64,000 bases of DNA from Haplodiscus bocki (taxonomy: Eukaryota). A program made the position numbers and the translations under genes. Location: contig OZ296650.1 of NCBI GenBank assembly GCA_965655095.1, forward strand, positions 8,060,001 to 8,124,000, read 5' to 3'. Below are positions 1 to 12,949 of the stretch, one piece after another (the first letter of the stretch is position 1; every line of letters begins with the position of its first letter). Under the pieces are notes generated by a model, which was not told where the DNA came from, searched no databases, and was given only the letters and a program-made list of their open reading frames with translations.

Positions 1-1929
1 TGCAATTTTCACGGAGATTCCGAAGTGGTCCTGACAATGTTGATCTTCCTGCTCTGAACGGTTCGTGTTAGAAGTCTGAAACACTTTGAAGATAATGAAT
101 ACATCAAAAGATGTATTCAAACACTTCGATGTAGTCAGACATTATCTTAACCTGTTCGCTTGATTAAAGAAGGAACTTGAGTATTCGTAAAAAAACAAGA
201 TAATGGAAGCAGTGTCTTAGTTGAACTCAGATTTCAAAGAGCGAGCCTTAAGTGCAGTGGTCCAATCACGCAGTCTTCATGTCTTTTTTTACCTGTTCGG
301 AGCATTGAAGATCTTCCCGCTCTCATATCGTCGTGTTTGAAGTCTGAACAACATCGAAGATCATGATTACATCAAAAGTTGTATTCAATAATATGGCCGT
401 AGACAGACACTATCATAGCTGGTCGTTTGACTAAAGAACGAGTTCAAAACTTCGAAACAGCCAAAGCCACTGAAGCACTGTCCTAGTTGAACCCAGACAA
501 CACCTATCGAGTTTCGTCTGTAGTAATCTGTTCATGTTTGTTTCAGCACTTTCCTGACCCAGTGGCGAGAAAGTAGATCTTTCTGCTCTAAAGGGTTCGT
601 GTTAGAAGTCTGAACAACACTGAAGATCTTGATTACATCATAAGGTGTTTTCCAACACATCGCCGTAGTCAGACACTGATTTAAACTGAACGTAGGAAGA
701 AAGAACGATTTTTACTGTTCGTTTCAAGAAAGACCAAAGAAAAACTGGTTTAATTGAACTCACGCAACCCCTATCGAACTTTAATTGTGGTAATCTGATC
801 ATGCCTTTTTTTTAACTTTCCTGACCCGGTTGGGAAAAAGAAAGATTTTCCTGCTCTCAAGTGTCAACGTTACACATCTGAAAAACTTTGAGGATCATGA
901 TAACATCATAAGATGTTTTCCAACATATCGCTGTAGTCATACACCAACCTATGTTGACCATTTGACAAAATTAGGAACTTAGGTTTCAATTCAAGTGAGA
1001 CTACTGAACCACTGTCTTATTTGAACACTGGCAAAACCTATCGAATTTTGTCTCTAGTAATCTGACTATGCAATTTTCGCGAATTTCATGACCTGGTCCA
1101 GCGAACGTTGCTCTTCCTGCTCTGACGGGTTCGTGTTAGAAGTCTGAACCACTTTGAAGATCCTGATTACATCAAAAGACGTATTCAATTACTTCGCTGT
1201 AGTCACACACTATCTTAGCCTGTTCGTTTGACTAAAGGAGGAAATTAAGTCTTCCTAGTGAACAAAACCAGTGAAGCAATGTCTTAGTTGAACTCAGATA
1301 TCACAGATCAAGCTTTAAATGCTGTAGTCCAATCGTGCAAGTTGTACAGTTTCCCTAAACTGGTCGGGAACTGAAAGATCTTCCTGCTCCCATGAACTCG
1401 TGTTAAGACCTCTGAAGAACATTGAAGATCCTGATCACATCATCAGATGTGTTCTAATACTTCGCTGTAGTGAAACACTAACTTAGTTTAAGCGTATGAT
1501 TGACGAACGAATTATAAACTTCGTAATAAGCAAGACCACTGAAGCAGTCTCTTGGTTGAACTGAGACATCACAGATCAAGTTTTGTTTGTGATTATCTGA
1601 TCATGCAAGTTTTACGACTATCTTGACCCGGTGGGGAGACTTTAGATTTTCTTGCCCTCAAGAGTCCGCGTCAGACATCTGAAAAACATTGAAAATCATG
1701 GTTACATCACAAGTTGTATTGAAACACTTCGCCGAAGCCAGACACTGTCTGAGCATTGTCGTTTGACTAAAGAACGAACTAAAAACTTCGTAATAAATAG
1801 GACCACAAAAGCAGTGTCTTAGATGAATTCAGAAACTACAGATCAAGCTTTGTATGCTATCGTCCTATCATGCCAGTACTGCGATTTTTTCACCTGTTTA
1901 TTATATTGAATGTCTTCCAGCTGTGAAAC

Positions 1930-4900
1930 GTTCGTGTTAGAATTCTGAACCACATTGAAGATCCTGATGACACCAAAAGCTGTCTTTAAACACTTCGCTT
2001 TAGTAAGACACTATCTTAGCCTATTTGTTTGACTAATTAAGGAACTTAAGTCTTCGTAATGAACTAGACCAATGAACCAGTGTCTCAGTTGAACACAGAT
2101 TTCACAGAGCGAGCTTTACGTCCAATAGTCCAATCGTTCAATTTTTATGTTTTTTGACCTGGTAGTGAAATTGAACATCTTCCTGCTTTCAAAAAAATTG
2201 TCGGACTTCTGAGCAACATTGAAGATCCCAATTACATCATCAGTTGTGTTCAAATACTTCGCTACGGTAAGACACTAACATAGTTTATGCGTTGGATTGT
2301 AGAACGAACTATAAAATACGTTATTAGCAAGACACCGAACAACTGGCTCAGTTCAAGTCAAACAACAAAGATCGAGTTCTGTTTGTGGTTATCTGATGAT
2401 GCATGCTTTAGAATTTCAAAACTTGGTTGGGAAAATGTAGATCTTCTTGTTCTCAGGGGTTCGTGTTTGAAGCTTGAACAACATTGAAGATAGAAATTAC
2501 ATCGAAAGACATGTTCAAAAACTTCGCCGTAGTCAGACACTCCCTTAGCTTGGTCGATTGACCAAAGAACGAATAGAAAAATTCGCAAAAAGCTAGAACA
2601 CTGAAGCACTGTCTTAATTGAAAACATGAAAAACTCAGCCAGTCGTGTTTGTAGTATTCTGAATATGAAAGTTCCAGAAAAATCTTGACCTGGTCGAGAA
2701 AAGGTAGATCTTCTGATCTGTAGAGTTCATGTCAGACATCTGAAGGACGTTAAATATTAAAAACACATAGTAGGATGTGTTCAAACACTTCCCTGTAGTT
2801 AGAAACTAACTGAGTTTTAGCGTATCATTGAAGAACGAAGTATATTGTTGGTTGAAAGTAAAACCTCTGAAGCAATGTATTTCTCAATTCAAACTCAAAC
2901 ATCAAGGATCGAGTCCTAACTGCAGTCGTCCTAACATGCCAGTTGTTCAATTTCTTGATCTGGTTGGAGGTATAGAAAATTTCTTGCTTTCAAAAGTTCG
3001 CGTTAGACATCTGAACAACATTGAGGATCATGATTTTATCATAGGATGTTTTCCAACACAGCAGTGTAGTCAGACACCAACTTAGTTTGACCTTATGAAA
3101 AAAAAGAAGGCTACTCTTCATATCACGAGAGACCACTGAACCACTGGCTTAGTTGAACACTGGCAACAACTATCGAATTATGTGACTAGTAATCTGATTA
3201 TGCAAATTTCACGAATTTCCTGAAGTGGTCCTGAGAATGTTAATCTTCCTGCTGTGAACGGTTCGTGTTAGAAGTCTGAACCACTTTGAAGATCCTGATT
3301 AGATCAAAAGACGTATTCAAACACTTCGCTGTAGTCAGACATTATATTAGACTGTTCGTTTGATTAAAGGAGGAAATTAAGTCTTCCTAGTGAACAAAAC
3401 CAGTAAAGCAGTGTCTTAGTTGAACTCAAACATCACAGATGAAGCTTTAAGTGCGGTAGTGCAATCGTTCAAAATGTACTTTTTCCTTGCCCTGGTCGGG
3501 AGATAAAAGATCATCCTGCTCTCAAGGTTTCGTGCAAGAACTCTGAAGAGCATTGAAAATCTCAATCACATCATCAGATGTGTTCAATTACTTCGCTGTA
3601 GTGGAACACTAACTTAGTTTAAGCGTACGATTGAGGAACAAACTATAAATTTCTTAATAAACAAGACCACTGAAGCAGTCCTTTGGTTGAAGTCAGACAT
3701 CACAGATCGAGTTTTGTTCGTGGCTATCTGATAATACATGTTTTAGAATTTCATGAGCTCGTCGGGAAAGTATAGATCTTCTTGCTCTCAGCGTTTCGTC
3801 TTTGAAACTTGAACAACATTGAGTGTAGAAATTACATCAAAAGATGTGTTCAAAAACTTCGCCGTAGTCAGACACTCCCTTCGCCTGGTCGATTGACCAA
3901 AGAACGAATAGAAATGTTCGCAAAAAGCAAGAAGACTGAAGCACTGTCTTAATTGAGAACACAAAAAACTCAGCCAGTCGTGTTTTTAGTGTTCTGAATT
4001 TGAAAGTTCCAGAAAAATCTTGACTTTGTCGAGCGAATGTAGATCTTTCGACTCTGTAGAGATAATGTCAGACGTCTGAATGACGTTGAAGATTAAGATT
4101 ACATAGCAAGATGAGTTCAAACACTTCGCTGTACTTAGACACTAACTTAGTTTAGGTGTATGATTGAACAACGAACTATAAAGTTAGTTAAAAATAGGAC
4201 CACTGAAGCAATGTATCTCTCCGTTTAACTGACACATCACGGACCAAACTTTAACTGCAGTAGTCCTATCATGCAAGTTGTACGATTTTCTTGACCTGGT
4301 CGGGATAAAATGAATTTTCTTGCTCTCAAGTGTTCGCGTTAGATATCTTAACGACATTGAAAATAATGATTTTATCATAGGATGTTGTCCAACACATCGC
4401 TGTAGTCAGACACCAACTTAAGTTGACCATATGAAGAGAGAAAGATCTCAAATATTCTATTCAAGGGAGGCCAATGAACCACTGGCTTAACTGAACACTG
4501 GTAACACCTATCGGATTTTTGCTCCAGTAATCTGATTATGCAGCTTTTATGAACCTCCTGACGTGGCCCAGAGAATGTTGATCTTCCTGCTCTGAACTGT
4601 TCGTGTTAGAATTCTGAACCACATTGAAGATCCTGATGACACCAAAAGCTGTCTTTAAACACTTCGCTTTAGTAAGACACTATCTTAGCCTATTTGTTTA
4701 ACTAATTAGGGAACTTAAGTCTTCGTAATGAACTAGACCAATGAAGCAGTGTCTCAGTTGAACACAGATTTCACAGAGCGAGCTTTACGTCCAATAGTCC
4801 AATCGTGCAATTTTTATGTTTTTTTTTGACCTTGTAGTGAAATTGAACATCTTCCTGCTTTCAAAAAAATTGTCGGACTTCTGAACAACATTGAAGATCC

Positions 4901-6046
4901 CAATTACATCATCAGTTGTGTTCAAATACTTCGCTACGGTAAGACACTAACATAGTTTATGCGTTGGATTGTAGAACGAACTGTAAAATACGTTATTAGC
5001 AAGACACCGAACAACTGGCTCAGTTCAAGTCAAACAACAAGGATCGAGTTCTGTTTGTGGTTATCTGATAATGCATGCTTTAGAATTTCAAAACTTGGTT
5101 GGGAAAATGTAGATCTTCTTGTTCTCAGGGGTTCGTGTTTGAAGCTTGAACAACATTGAAGATAGAAATTACATCGAAAGACATGTTCAAAAACTTCGCC
5201 GTAGTCAGACACTCCCTTAGCTTGGTCGATTGACCAAAGAACGAATAGAAAAATTCGCAAAAAGCTAGAACACTGAAGCACTGTCTTAATTGAAAACATG
5301 AAAAACTCAGCCAGTCGTGTTTGTAGTATTCTGAATATGAAAGTTCCAGAAAAATCTTGACCTGGTCGAGAGAAGGTAGATCTTCTGATCTGTAGAGTTC
5401 ATGTCAGACATCTGAAGGACGTTAAATATTAAAAACACATAGTAGGATGTGTTCAAACACTTCCCTGTAGTTAGAAACTAACTGAGTTTTAGCGTATCAT
5501 TGAAGAACGAAGTATATTGTTGGTTGAAAGTAAAACCTCTGAAGCAATGTATTTCTCAATTCAAACTCAAACATCAAGGATCGAGTCCTAACTGCAGTCG
5601 TCCTAACATGCCAGTTGTTCAATTTCTTGATCTGGTTGGAGGTATAGAAAATTTCTTGCTTTCAAAAGTTCGCGTTAGACATCTGAACAACATTGAGGAT
5701 CATGATTTTATCATAGGATGTTTTCCAACACAGCAGTGTAGTCAGACACCAACTTAGTTTGACCTTATGAAAAAAAAGAAGGCTACTCTTCATATCACGA
5801 GAGACCACTGAACCACTGGCTTAGTTGAACACTGGCAACAACTATCGAATTATGTGACTAGTAATCTGATTATGCAAATTTCACGAATTTCCTGAAGTGG
5901 TCCTGAGAATGTTAACCTTCCTGCTGTGAACGGTTCGTGTTAGAAGTCTGAACCACTTTGAAGATCCTGATTAGATCAAAAGACGTATTCAAACACTTCG
6001 CTGTAGTCATACATTATATTAGACTGTTCGTTTGATTAAAGGAGGA
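1930..6046. repeat. Near-identical block pair ~1930-3375 and ~4600-6046 (offset 2669-2672)
   Basis: ORFs 2828 and 5500 translate identically; ORFs 2287/4959 and 2358/5030 differ at 2-3 residues. Both blocks start with the diagnostic 'attctgaaccacattgaagatcctgatgacaccaaaagc' (1942 and 4611). Confidence 0.9.
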
Positions 6047-8081
6047 ATTTGAGTTTTCGTAATAAACAAGACCAATGAAGCAGTGTCTTAGTTGAACTCA
6101 GATTGCAAAGAGCGAGTTTTAAGTGCAGTAGTCCAATCACGCAGTTTTCATGTCTTTCTTGACCTGTTCGGAGGATTGAAGGTCTTCCTGCTCTCAAGGC
6201 GTCGTGTTTGAAGTCTGAACAACATCGAAGATCATGATTACATCTAAAGTTGTATTCAATAATATGGCCGTAGTCAGACACTATCATAGCTGGTCGTTTG
6301 ACTCAAAAACGAATTCAAAACTTCGAAAGAGGCAAAGCCACTGAAGCACGGTCTTAGTTGAACCCAGACAAAACCTATCGAGTTTCGTCTGTAGTAATCC
6401 GTTCATGTATGTTTCAGCACTTTCCTGACCCAGTGGCGAGAAAGTAGATCTTCTTGCTCTAAAGAGTTCGTGTTAGAAGTCTGAACAACACTGAAGATCT
6501 TGATTACATCATAAGGTGTTTTCTAACACAACGCAGTAGTCATTCACCAAATTAACGTGAGCGCATGAAGAGTGAACGGTCTTTAAAATCATTTCAAGGA
6601 AGACCACAGAACCACTGGTTTAGTTGAACTAAGGCAACTCCTATCGAAAATTGTTTCTAGTAATCTGATCTTGCGAGTTTCAGAACCTTCATGACTTAGT
6701 GGGGAGAATGTAGTTATTCTGCTCTCAAGGGTTCGTGTTGAACGTCTGAACAACATTGAAGATGCTGATTTCATCAAAAGATGTATTCAAACCAATCGAT
6801 GTAGTCAGACACTATCTTAGCTTGGTCATTTGACTGAAGAACGAGCTGAAGGCTTCGTAACAAACAAGACCACTGAAGCAGTGTCTTAGTTGAACTCAAA
6901 CATCACAGATGAAGCTTTAAGTGCGGTAGTGCAATCGTTCAAAATGTACTTTTTCCTTGCCCTGGTCGGGAGATAAAAGATCATCCTGCTCTCAAGGTTT
7001 CGTGCAAGAACTCTGAAGAGCATTGAAAATCTCAATCACATCATCAGATGTGTTCAATTACTTCGCTGTAGTGGAACACTAACTTAGTTTAAGCGTACGA
7101 TTGAGGAACAAACTATAAATTTCTTAATAAACAAGACCACTGAAGCAGTCCTTTGGTTGAAGTCAGACATCACAGATCGAGTTTTGTTCGTGGCTATCTG
7201 ATAATACATGTTTTAGAATTTCATGAGCTCGTCGGGAAAGTGTAGATCTTCTTGCTCTCAGCGTTTCGTCTTTGAAACTTGAACAACATTGAGTGTAGAA
7301 ATTACATCAAAAGATGTGTTCAAAAACTTCGCCGTAGTCAGACACTCCCTTCGCCTGGTCGATTGACCAAAGAACGAATAGAAATGTTCGCAAAAAGCAA
7401 GAAGACTGAAGCACTGTCTTAATTGAGAACACAAAAAACTCAGCCAGTCGTGTTTTTAGTGTTCTGAATTTGAAAGTTCCAGAAAAATCTTGACTTTGTC
7501 GAGCGAATGTAGATCTTTCGACTCTGTAGAGATAATGTCAGACGTCTGAATGACGTTGAAGTGTAAGATTACATAGCAAGATGAGTTCAAACACTTCGCT
7601 GTACTTAGACACTAACTTAGTTTAGGTGTATGATTGAACAACGAACTATAAAGTTAGTTAAAAATAGGACCACTGAAGCAATGTATCTCTCCGTTTAACT
7701 GACACATCACGGACCAAACTTTAACTGCAGTAGTCCTATCATGCAAGTTGTACGATTTTCTTGACCTGGTCGGGACAAAATGAATTTTCTTGCTCTCAAG
7801 TGTTCGCGTTAGATATCTTAACGACATTGAAAATCATGATTTTATCATAGGATGTTGTCCAACACATCGCTGTAGTCAGACACCAACTTAAGTTGACCAT
7901 ATGAAGAGAGAAAGATCTCAAATTTTCTATTCAAGGGAGGCCAATGAACCACTGGCTTAACTGAACACTGGTAACACCTATCGGATTTTTTCTCCAGTAA
8001 TCTGATTATGCAGCTTTTATGAACCTCCTGACGTGGCCCAGAGAATGTTGATCTTCCTGCTCTGAACTGTTCGTGTTAGAA
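3406..8081. repeat. Near-identical block pair ~3406-4611 and ~6876-8081 (offset 3470 = 13 monomers)
   Basis: Both run from 'aagcagtgtcttagttgaactcaaacatcacagatgaagc' to 'ctgaactgttcgtgttaga' with only a few substitutions. Confidence 0.9.
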
Positions 8082-11000
8082 GTCTGAACCACTTTGAAGA
8101 TCCTGATTACATCAAAAGACGTATTCAAACACTTCGCTGTAGTCAGACACTATCTTAGCCTGTTCGTTTGATTAAAGAAGGAACTTAAGTCTTCGTGATA
8201 AACAAAACCAGTGAAGCATTGTCTTAGTTGAACTCAGATATCACAGATCAAGCTTTATATGCTGTAGTCCAATCGTGTAAGTTTTACAGTTTCCTTAAAT
8301 TGCTCGGGAGATGAAAGATCTTCCTGCTCCCATGAACTCTTGGAAGACGTCTGAAGAACATTGAAGATCCTGATCACATCATCAGATGTGTTCTAATACC
8401 TCGCTGTAGTGAAACACTAACTTAGTTTAAGCGTATGATTGACGAACGATTTATAAACTTCGTAATAAGCAAGACCACTGAAGCAGTCTCTTGGTTGAAC
8501 TGAGACATCACAGATCAAGTTTTGTTTTTGATTATCTGATCGTGCAAGTTTTACGACTATCTTGATCCGGTGGGGAGATTTTAGATTTTCTTGCCCTCAA
8601 GAGTCCGCGTCAGACATCTGAAAAACATTGAAAATTATGGTTACATCATAAGTTGTATTGAAACACTTCGCCGAAGCCAGACACTGACTGAGCATTGTCG
8701 TTTGACTAAAGAACGAACTAAAAACTTCGTTGTAATTAGGACCACAAAAGCAGTGTCTTAGATGAGTTCAAAAACTACAGATCAAGCTTTGTATGCAGTC
8801 GTCCTATCATGCCAGTACTGCAATTTTTTTCACCTGTTTATTATAATGAGTGTCTTCCAGCTCTGAAGCGTTCGTGTTAGAAGTCTGAACCACATTAAAG
8901 ATCCTGATTACATCAGAAGATGTTTTCAAACACTTCGTTTTAGTAAGACACCATCTTAGCCTGTTGGTTTGACTAAAGAAGGAACTTAAGTGTTCGTAAT
9001 GAAAAATAACAAAGAAGCAGCGTCTTAGTTGAACTCAGACTTCATGCATCGAGTGTTGTATGCAATCGTCCCATCATGCATGTTTATGTGTTTCTTGATT
9101 TGCTCGGGAAATTGAAGATCTTCCTGCTCTCAAAAGTTCTTGTTAACTATTGAATAACATTTGAGATCCCGATTACATCATCAGTTGTGTTCAAATACTT
9201 CGCTGTAGAATGTCTTTAACATATCTTTAGCGTAGGATTGTAGAACGAATTATAAAATACATTATAAGCAAGACACCGATAAATTGGCTCAGTTGAACTC
9301 AAACAACAAGGATCGAGTTCTGTTTGTGGTTATCTGATAATGCATGCTTTAGAATTTCAAGACTTGTTCGGGAAAATGTAGATCTTCTTGCTCTCATAGG
9401 TTCGTGTTTGAAGCTTGAACAACATTGAAGATAGAAATTACATCAAAAGATGTGTTCAAAAACTTCGCCGTAGTCAGACATTCCTTCAGCCTGGTTGTTT
9501 GACCAAAAAACGAATAGAAACGTTCGCAAAAAGCAAGAACACTGAAACACTGTCTTAATTGAAAACATAAAAAAATCAACCAGTCGTGTTTGTAGTTTTC
9601 TGAATATGAAAGTTCCAGAAAACTCTTGATCTGGTCGAGAGAATGTAGATCTTCTGACTCTGTAGATTTCATGCCAGACGTCTGAATGACGTTAACTATT
9701 AAGAATACATAGTAAGATGTGTTCAAACACTTCCTTGTAGTTAGAAACTAACTTAGTTTTAGCGCATCATTGAAGAACGAAATATATTGTTTGTTGAAAG
9801 TGAAACGACGGAAGCAATGTATTTCTCAGTTGAACTCAAACATCAAGGATCGAGTCTTAACTGCAGTCGTCCTAACATGCAAGTTGTACAATTTTCTCGA
9901 ACTGGTTGGGTGTATAAAAAATTTCTTGCTTTCAAAAGTTCGCGTTAGACATCTGAACAACATTGAGGATCATGACTTTATCATAGGATGTTTTCCAACA
10001 CATCGCTGTAGTCAGACACCAACTTAGTTTGATCTTATGAAAAAAAAGAACGCTACTCTTCAAATCAGGAGAGACCACTGAACCACTGGCTTAGCTGAAC
10101 ACTGGCAACAACTATCGAATTCTGTGACTAGTAATCTGATTATGCATTTTTCATGAATTTCCTGAAGTGATCCTGAGAATGTTGATCTTCCTGCTCTAAA
10201 CGGTTCGTGTTAGAAGTCTGAACCACTTTGAAGATCCTGATTAGATCAAAAGAGGTAATCAAACACTTCGCAGTAGTCAGATATTATATTAGCCTGTTCG
10301 CTTGATTAAAGGAGGAACTTGGGTATTCGTAACAAACAACACCAATGAAGCAGTGTCCTAGTTGAACTCAGATTTCAAAGAGCGGGCTTTAAGTACAGTA
10401 GTCCAATCACGCAGGTTTCATGTTTTTTGGCCTGTTCGGAGGATTGAAGATCTTCTTGCTCTCAAGGCGTCGTGTTTGAACTCTGAACAACATTGAAGAT
10501 CAAGATTACATCAAAAGCTGTATTCAATAATTTGGTCGTAGTCAGAAGCTATCATAGCTGGTCGTTTGACTGAAGAACGAATTCAAAACTTCGAAACAGA
10601 CAAAACCAATGAAGCATTGTCCTAGTTGAACCCAGCCAACACCTACCGAGTTTCGTCTGTAGTAATCTGTTCATGTTTGTTCCAGCACTTTCTTGACCCA
10701 GTGGGGAGAATAATAGATCTTCCTGCTCCAGAGGTTTCGTGTTAGAAGTCTGAACAACACTGAAGATCTTGATTACATCATAAGGTGTTTTCCAACACAT
10801 CGCAGTAGTCATTCACCAAATTAACGTGAGCGCATGAAGAGAGAACGATCTTTGAAATCATTTCAAGGAAGACCACAGAACCACTGGTTTAGTTGAACTA
10901 AGGCAACTCCTATCGAAAATTGTTTCTAGTAATCTGATCTTGCAAGTTTCAGAACCTTCATGACTTAGTGGGGAGAATGTAGTTATTCTGCTCTCAAGGG

Positions 11001-12949
11001 TTCGTGTTGAACGTCTGAACAACATTGAAGATGCTGATTACATCAAAAGATGTTTTCAAACCAATCGATGTACCCAGACACTATCTTAGCTTGGTCATTT
11101 GACTGAAGAACGAACTGAAGGCTTCGTAACAAACAAGACAACTGAAGCAGTGTCTTAGTTGAACTCAAACATCACAGATGAAGCTTTAAATGCGGTAGTG
11201 CAATCGTTCAAAATGTACTTTTTCCTTGCCCTGGTCGGGAGATAAAAGATCATCCTGCTCTCAAGGTTTCGTGCAAGAACTCTGAAGAGCATTGACGATC
11301 TTGATCACATCATCAGATGTGTTCAATTACTTCGCTTTAGTGGAAAACTAACTTAGTTTAGGCGTATGATTGAAGAAAAAACTATAAATTTCGTAATAAA
11401 CAAGACCACTGAAGCAGTCCTTTGGTTGAAGTCAGACATCACAGATCGAGTTTTGTTCGTGGCTATCTGATAACACATGTTTTATAATTTCGTGAGCTCG
11501 TCGGGAAAATGTAGATCTTCTTGCTCTCAGGGTTTCGTAATTGAAACTTAAACAACATTGAAGATAGAAATTACATTGGAAGATAAGTTCAAAAATTTCA
11601 CCGTAGTCAGACACTCCCTTAGCTTGGTCGATTGACCAAAGAACGAACAGAAAAGTTCGCAAAAAGCAAGAACACTGAAGCACTGTCTTGATTGGAAATA
11701 TAAAAAACTCAGCCAGTCGTGTTTGTAGTTTTCTGAATATGAAAGTTCCAGAAAATTCTTGACCTGGTCGAAAGAATATAGGTCTTCTGACACTGTACAG
11801 TTCATGTCAGACGTCTGAATGACCTTGAATATCAAGAATAGATAATAAGATGTGTTGAAACACTTCCCTGTAGTTAGATACTAACTTAGTTTTAGCGTAT
11901 CATTGAAGAAACAAATATATTAGTCGTTGAAGGTGAGACCACTGAAGCAATGTAATTCTCAGTTGAACTCAAACATCAAGGATCGAGTTTTAACTGCACT
12001 CGTCTTAACATGCAGACTTTACGATTTTCTTGACCTGGTTGGGATTATAAAAAATTTCCTGCTTTCAAAAGTTCGCGTTAGACATCTGAACAACATTGAG
12101 GATCAAGATTTTATCATAGGATGTTTTCCAACACATCGCTGTAGTCAGACACCAACTTAGTTTGACCTTATGAAAGAAAAGAACGCTACTCTTCCCATCA
12201 AGAGAAACCACAGAACGACTGGCTTAGTTGAACACTGGCAACAACTATCGAATTCTGTGACTTGTAATCTGATTATGCAATTTTCACGGATTTCATGAAG
12301 TGGTCCTGAGAATGTTGATCTTCCTGCTCTGAAGGTTTCGTGTTAGAAGTCTGAACCACTTTGAAGATCATGATTACACCAAAAGGTGAATTCAAACATT
12401 TCGCTGTAGTCAGACATTATCTTAGCCTGTTCGTTTGATTGAACAAAGAAATTAAGTCTTCGTAATAAACAAGGCCAATGAAGCAGTGTCGTAGTTGAAC
12501 TCAGATTTCAAAGAGCGGGCTTTAAGTGCAGTATTCCGATCAAGCAAATTTCTTTCATGTCATTTTTGACCTGTTCGGAGGCTTGAGGATCTTCCTGCTC
12601 GCAAGGCGTTGTGTTTGAAGTCTGAACAACATTGAAGATCATGATTACATCAAAAGTTGTATTCAATAATATGGCCGTAGTCAGACACTAACATAGCTGG
12701 TCGTTTGAATGAAGAACGAAATGAAGTCTTCGTAAAAAACAAGACCACTGAAGCAGTTTCTCAGTTGAACTCAGAAATCACAGATCGATCGTTAAGTGGA
12801 GTAGTTCAATATTGCAAGCTGTACATTTTCCTTGACCTGTTCGCAAAATTCAAGATATTCCCGCCTTCAAATCTTGAAATCCGAACAACCTTGAAAGTTA
12901 GAAATCCGAACAAACTTGAAGATCTTGATTAGATTAATAGATTTGTTCA

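Larger units (their letters stand above)
1..12900. repeat. Domain 1: 16-mer HOR family (~4273 bp) with rearranged 12-, 10- and 8-mer derivatives
   Basis: The diagnostic monomer 'gaagtggtcctgagaatgttgatc' occurs at ~22, 3223, 5893, 10166 and 12298, giving spacings of 12, 10, 16 and 8 monomers. Homologous ORF starts at 2828, 5500 and 9770 give offsets of 2672 and 4270. Confidence 0.85.
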
